Assembly: GCA_013239625.1 (NCBI GenBank)
Contig: MU054400.1
Location: forward strand, 2,702,282 to 2,766,281
Reading direction: 5' to 3'
DNA from: Lama guanicoe
Taxonomy: Eukaryota
DNA length: 64,000 nt
In this document: one piece after another, positions 63,781 through 64,000 of the stretch
Position numbering within the stretch: position 1 is the first letter of the stretch
How the letters are laid out: each line of letters starts with the position of its first letter
Position numbers and translations under genes: made by a program
Notes under the pieces: model-generated
Databases searched by the model: none
The model's input: only the letters and a program-made list of their open reading frames with translations
Told to the model about the DNA's origin: nothing

Positions 63781-64000
63781 AAGTTAAATGGTTCTTATAG
63801 AGCAGGGCTTCTTAGAGCTCTTAATATGGTAATGTGCATAGTGAACATTCAGAGTTACAGAAATTCCTATAGTTTGGTTTTTTTTTTTTAATCTTGGATA
63901 TTTTTTTTCCTACACAGAGCATCTCAAAGAATTAGAGTTCCACAAAACATTTAGAGGAGAAAGTTTGGTGGACTAGATGATTGCTCAGGCCCCTGTCAGG

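Overview
Mammalian genomic DNA, most likely a camelid (alpaca/llama/camel), judged from three tRNA-Ala-derived Vic-1-like SINEs and no recognisable Alu, Bov-tA or PRE-1 copies. The window holds the 5' end of NTRK2 (TrkB, the BDNF/NT-4 receptor) on the + strand. Bases 1-16.7 kb are repeat-rich upstream DNA (L1, L2, CR1/L3, MIR, MLT1 LTRs, hAT relics). A CpG-island promoter (~16.75-19.6 kb) contains three non-coding 5'UTR exons and the first coding exon (ATG 19348). After a 28-kb intron come four more coding exons (47550-47624, 47740-47811, 52510-52578, 55528-55682). All five splice with GT-AG ends into one open frame of 194 codons plus 1 nt: signal peptide, Cys cluster 1, three LRRs, Cys cluster 2. 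The Ig, transmembrane and kinase exons lie beyond the window. I see no new multi-gene system. The best leads are in the 5' leader: two short uORFs, an open in-frame 60-codon extension upstream of the main AUG, an 18-bp long-range RNA duplex spanning a UTR exon, and a CRE cluster. Others are a relocated N-glycosylation sequon and several structurally informative retrotransposition events. All comparisons with human are from memory and need alignment. Most ORFs in the supplied track are noise.
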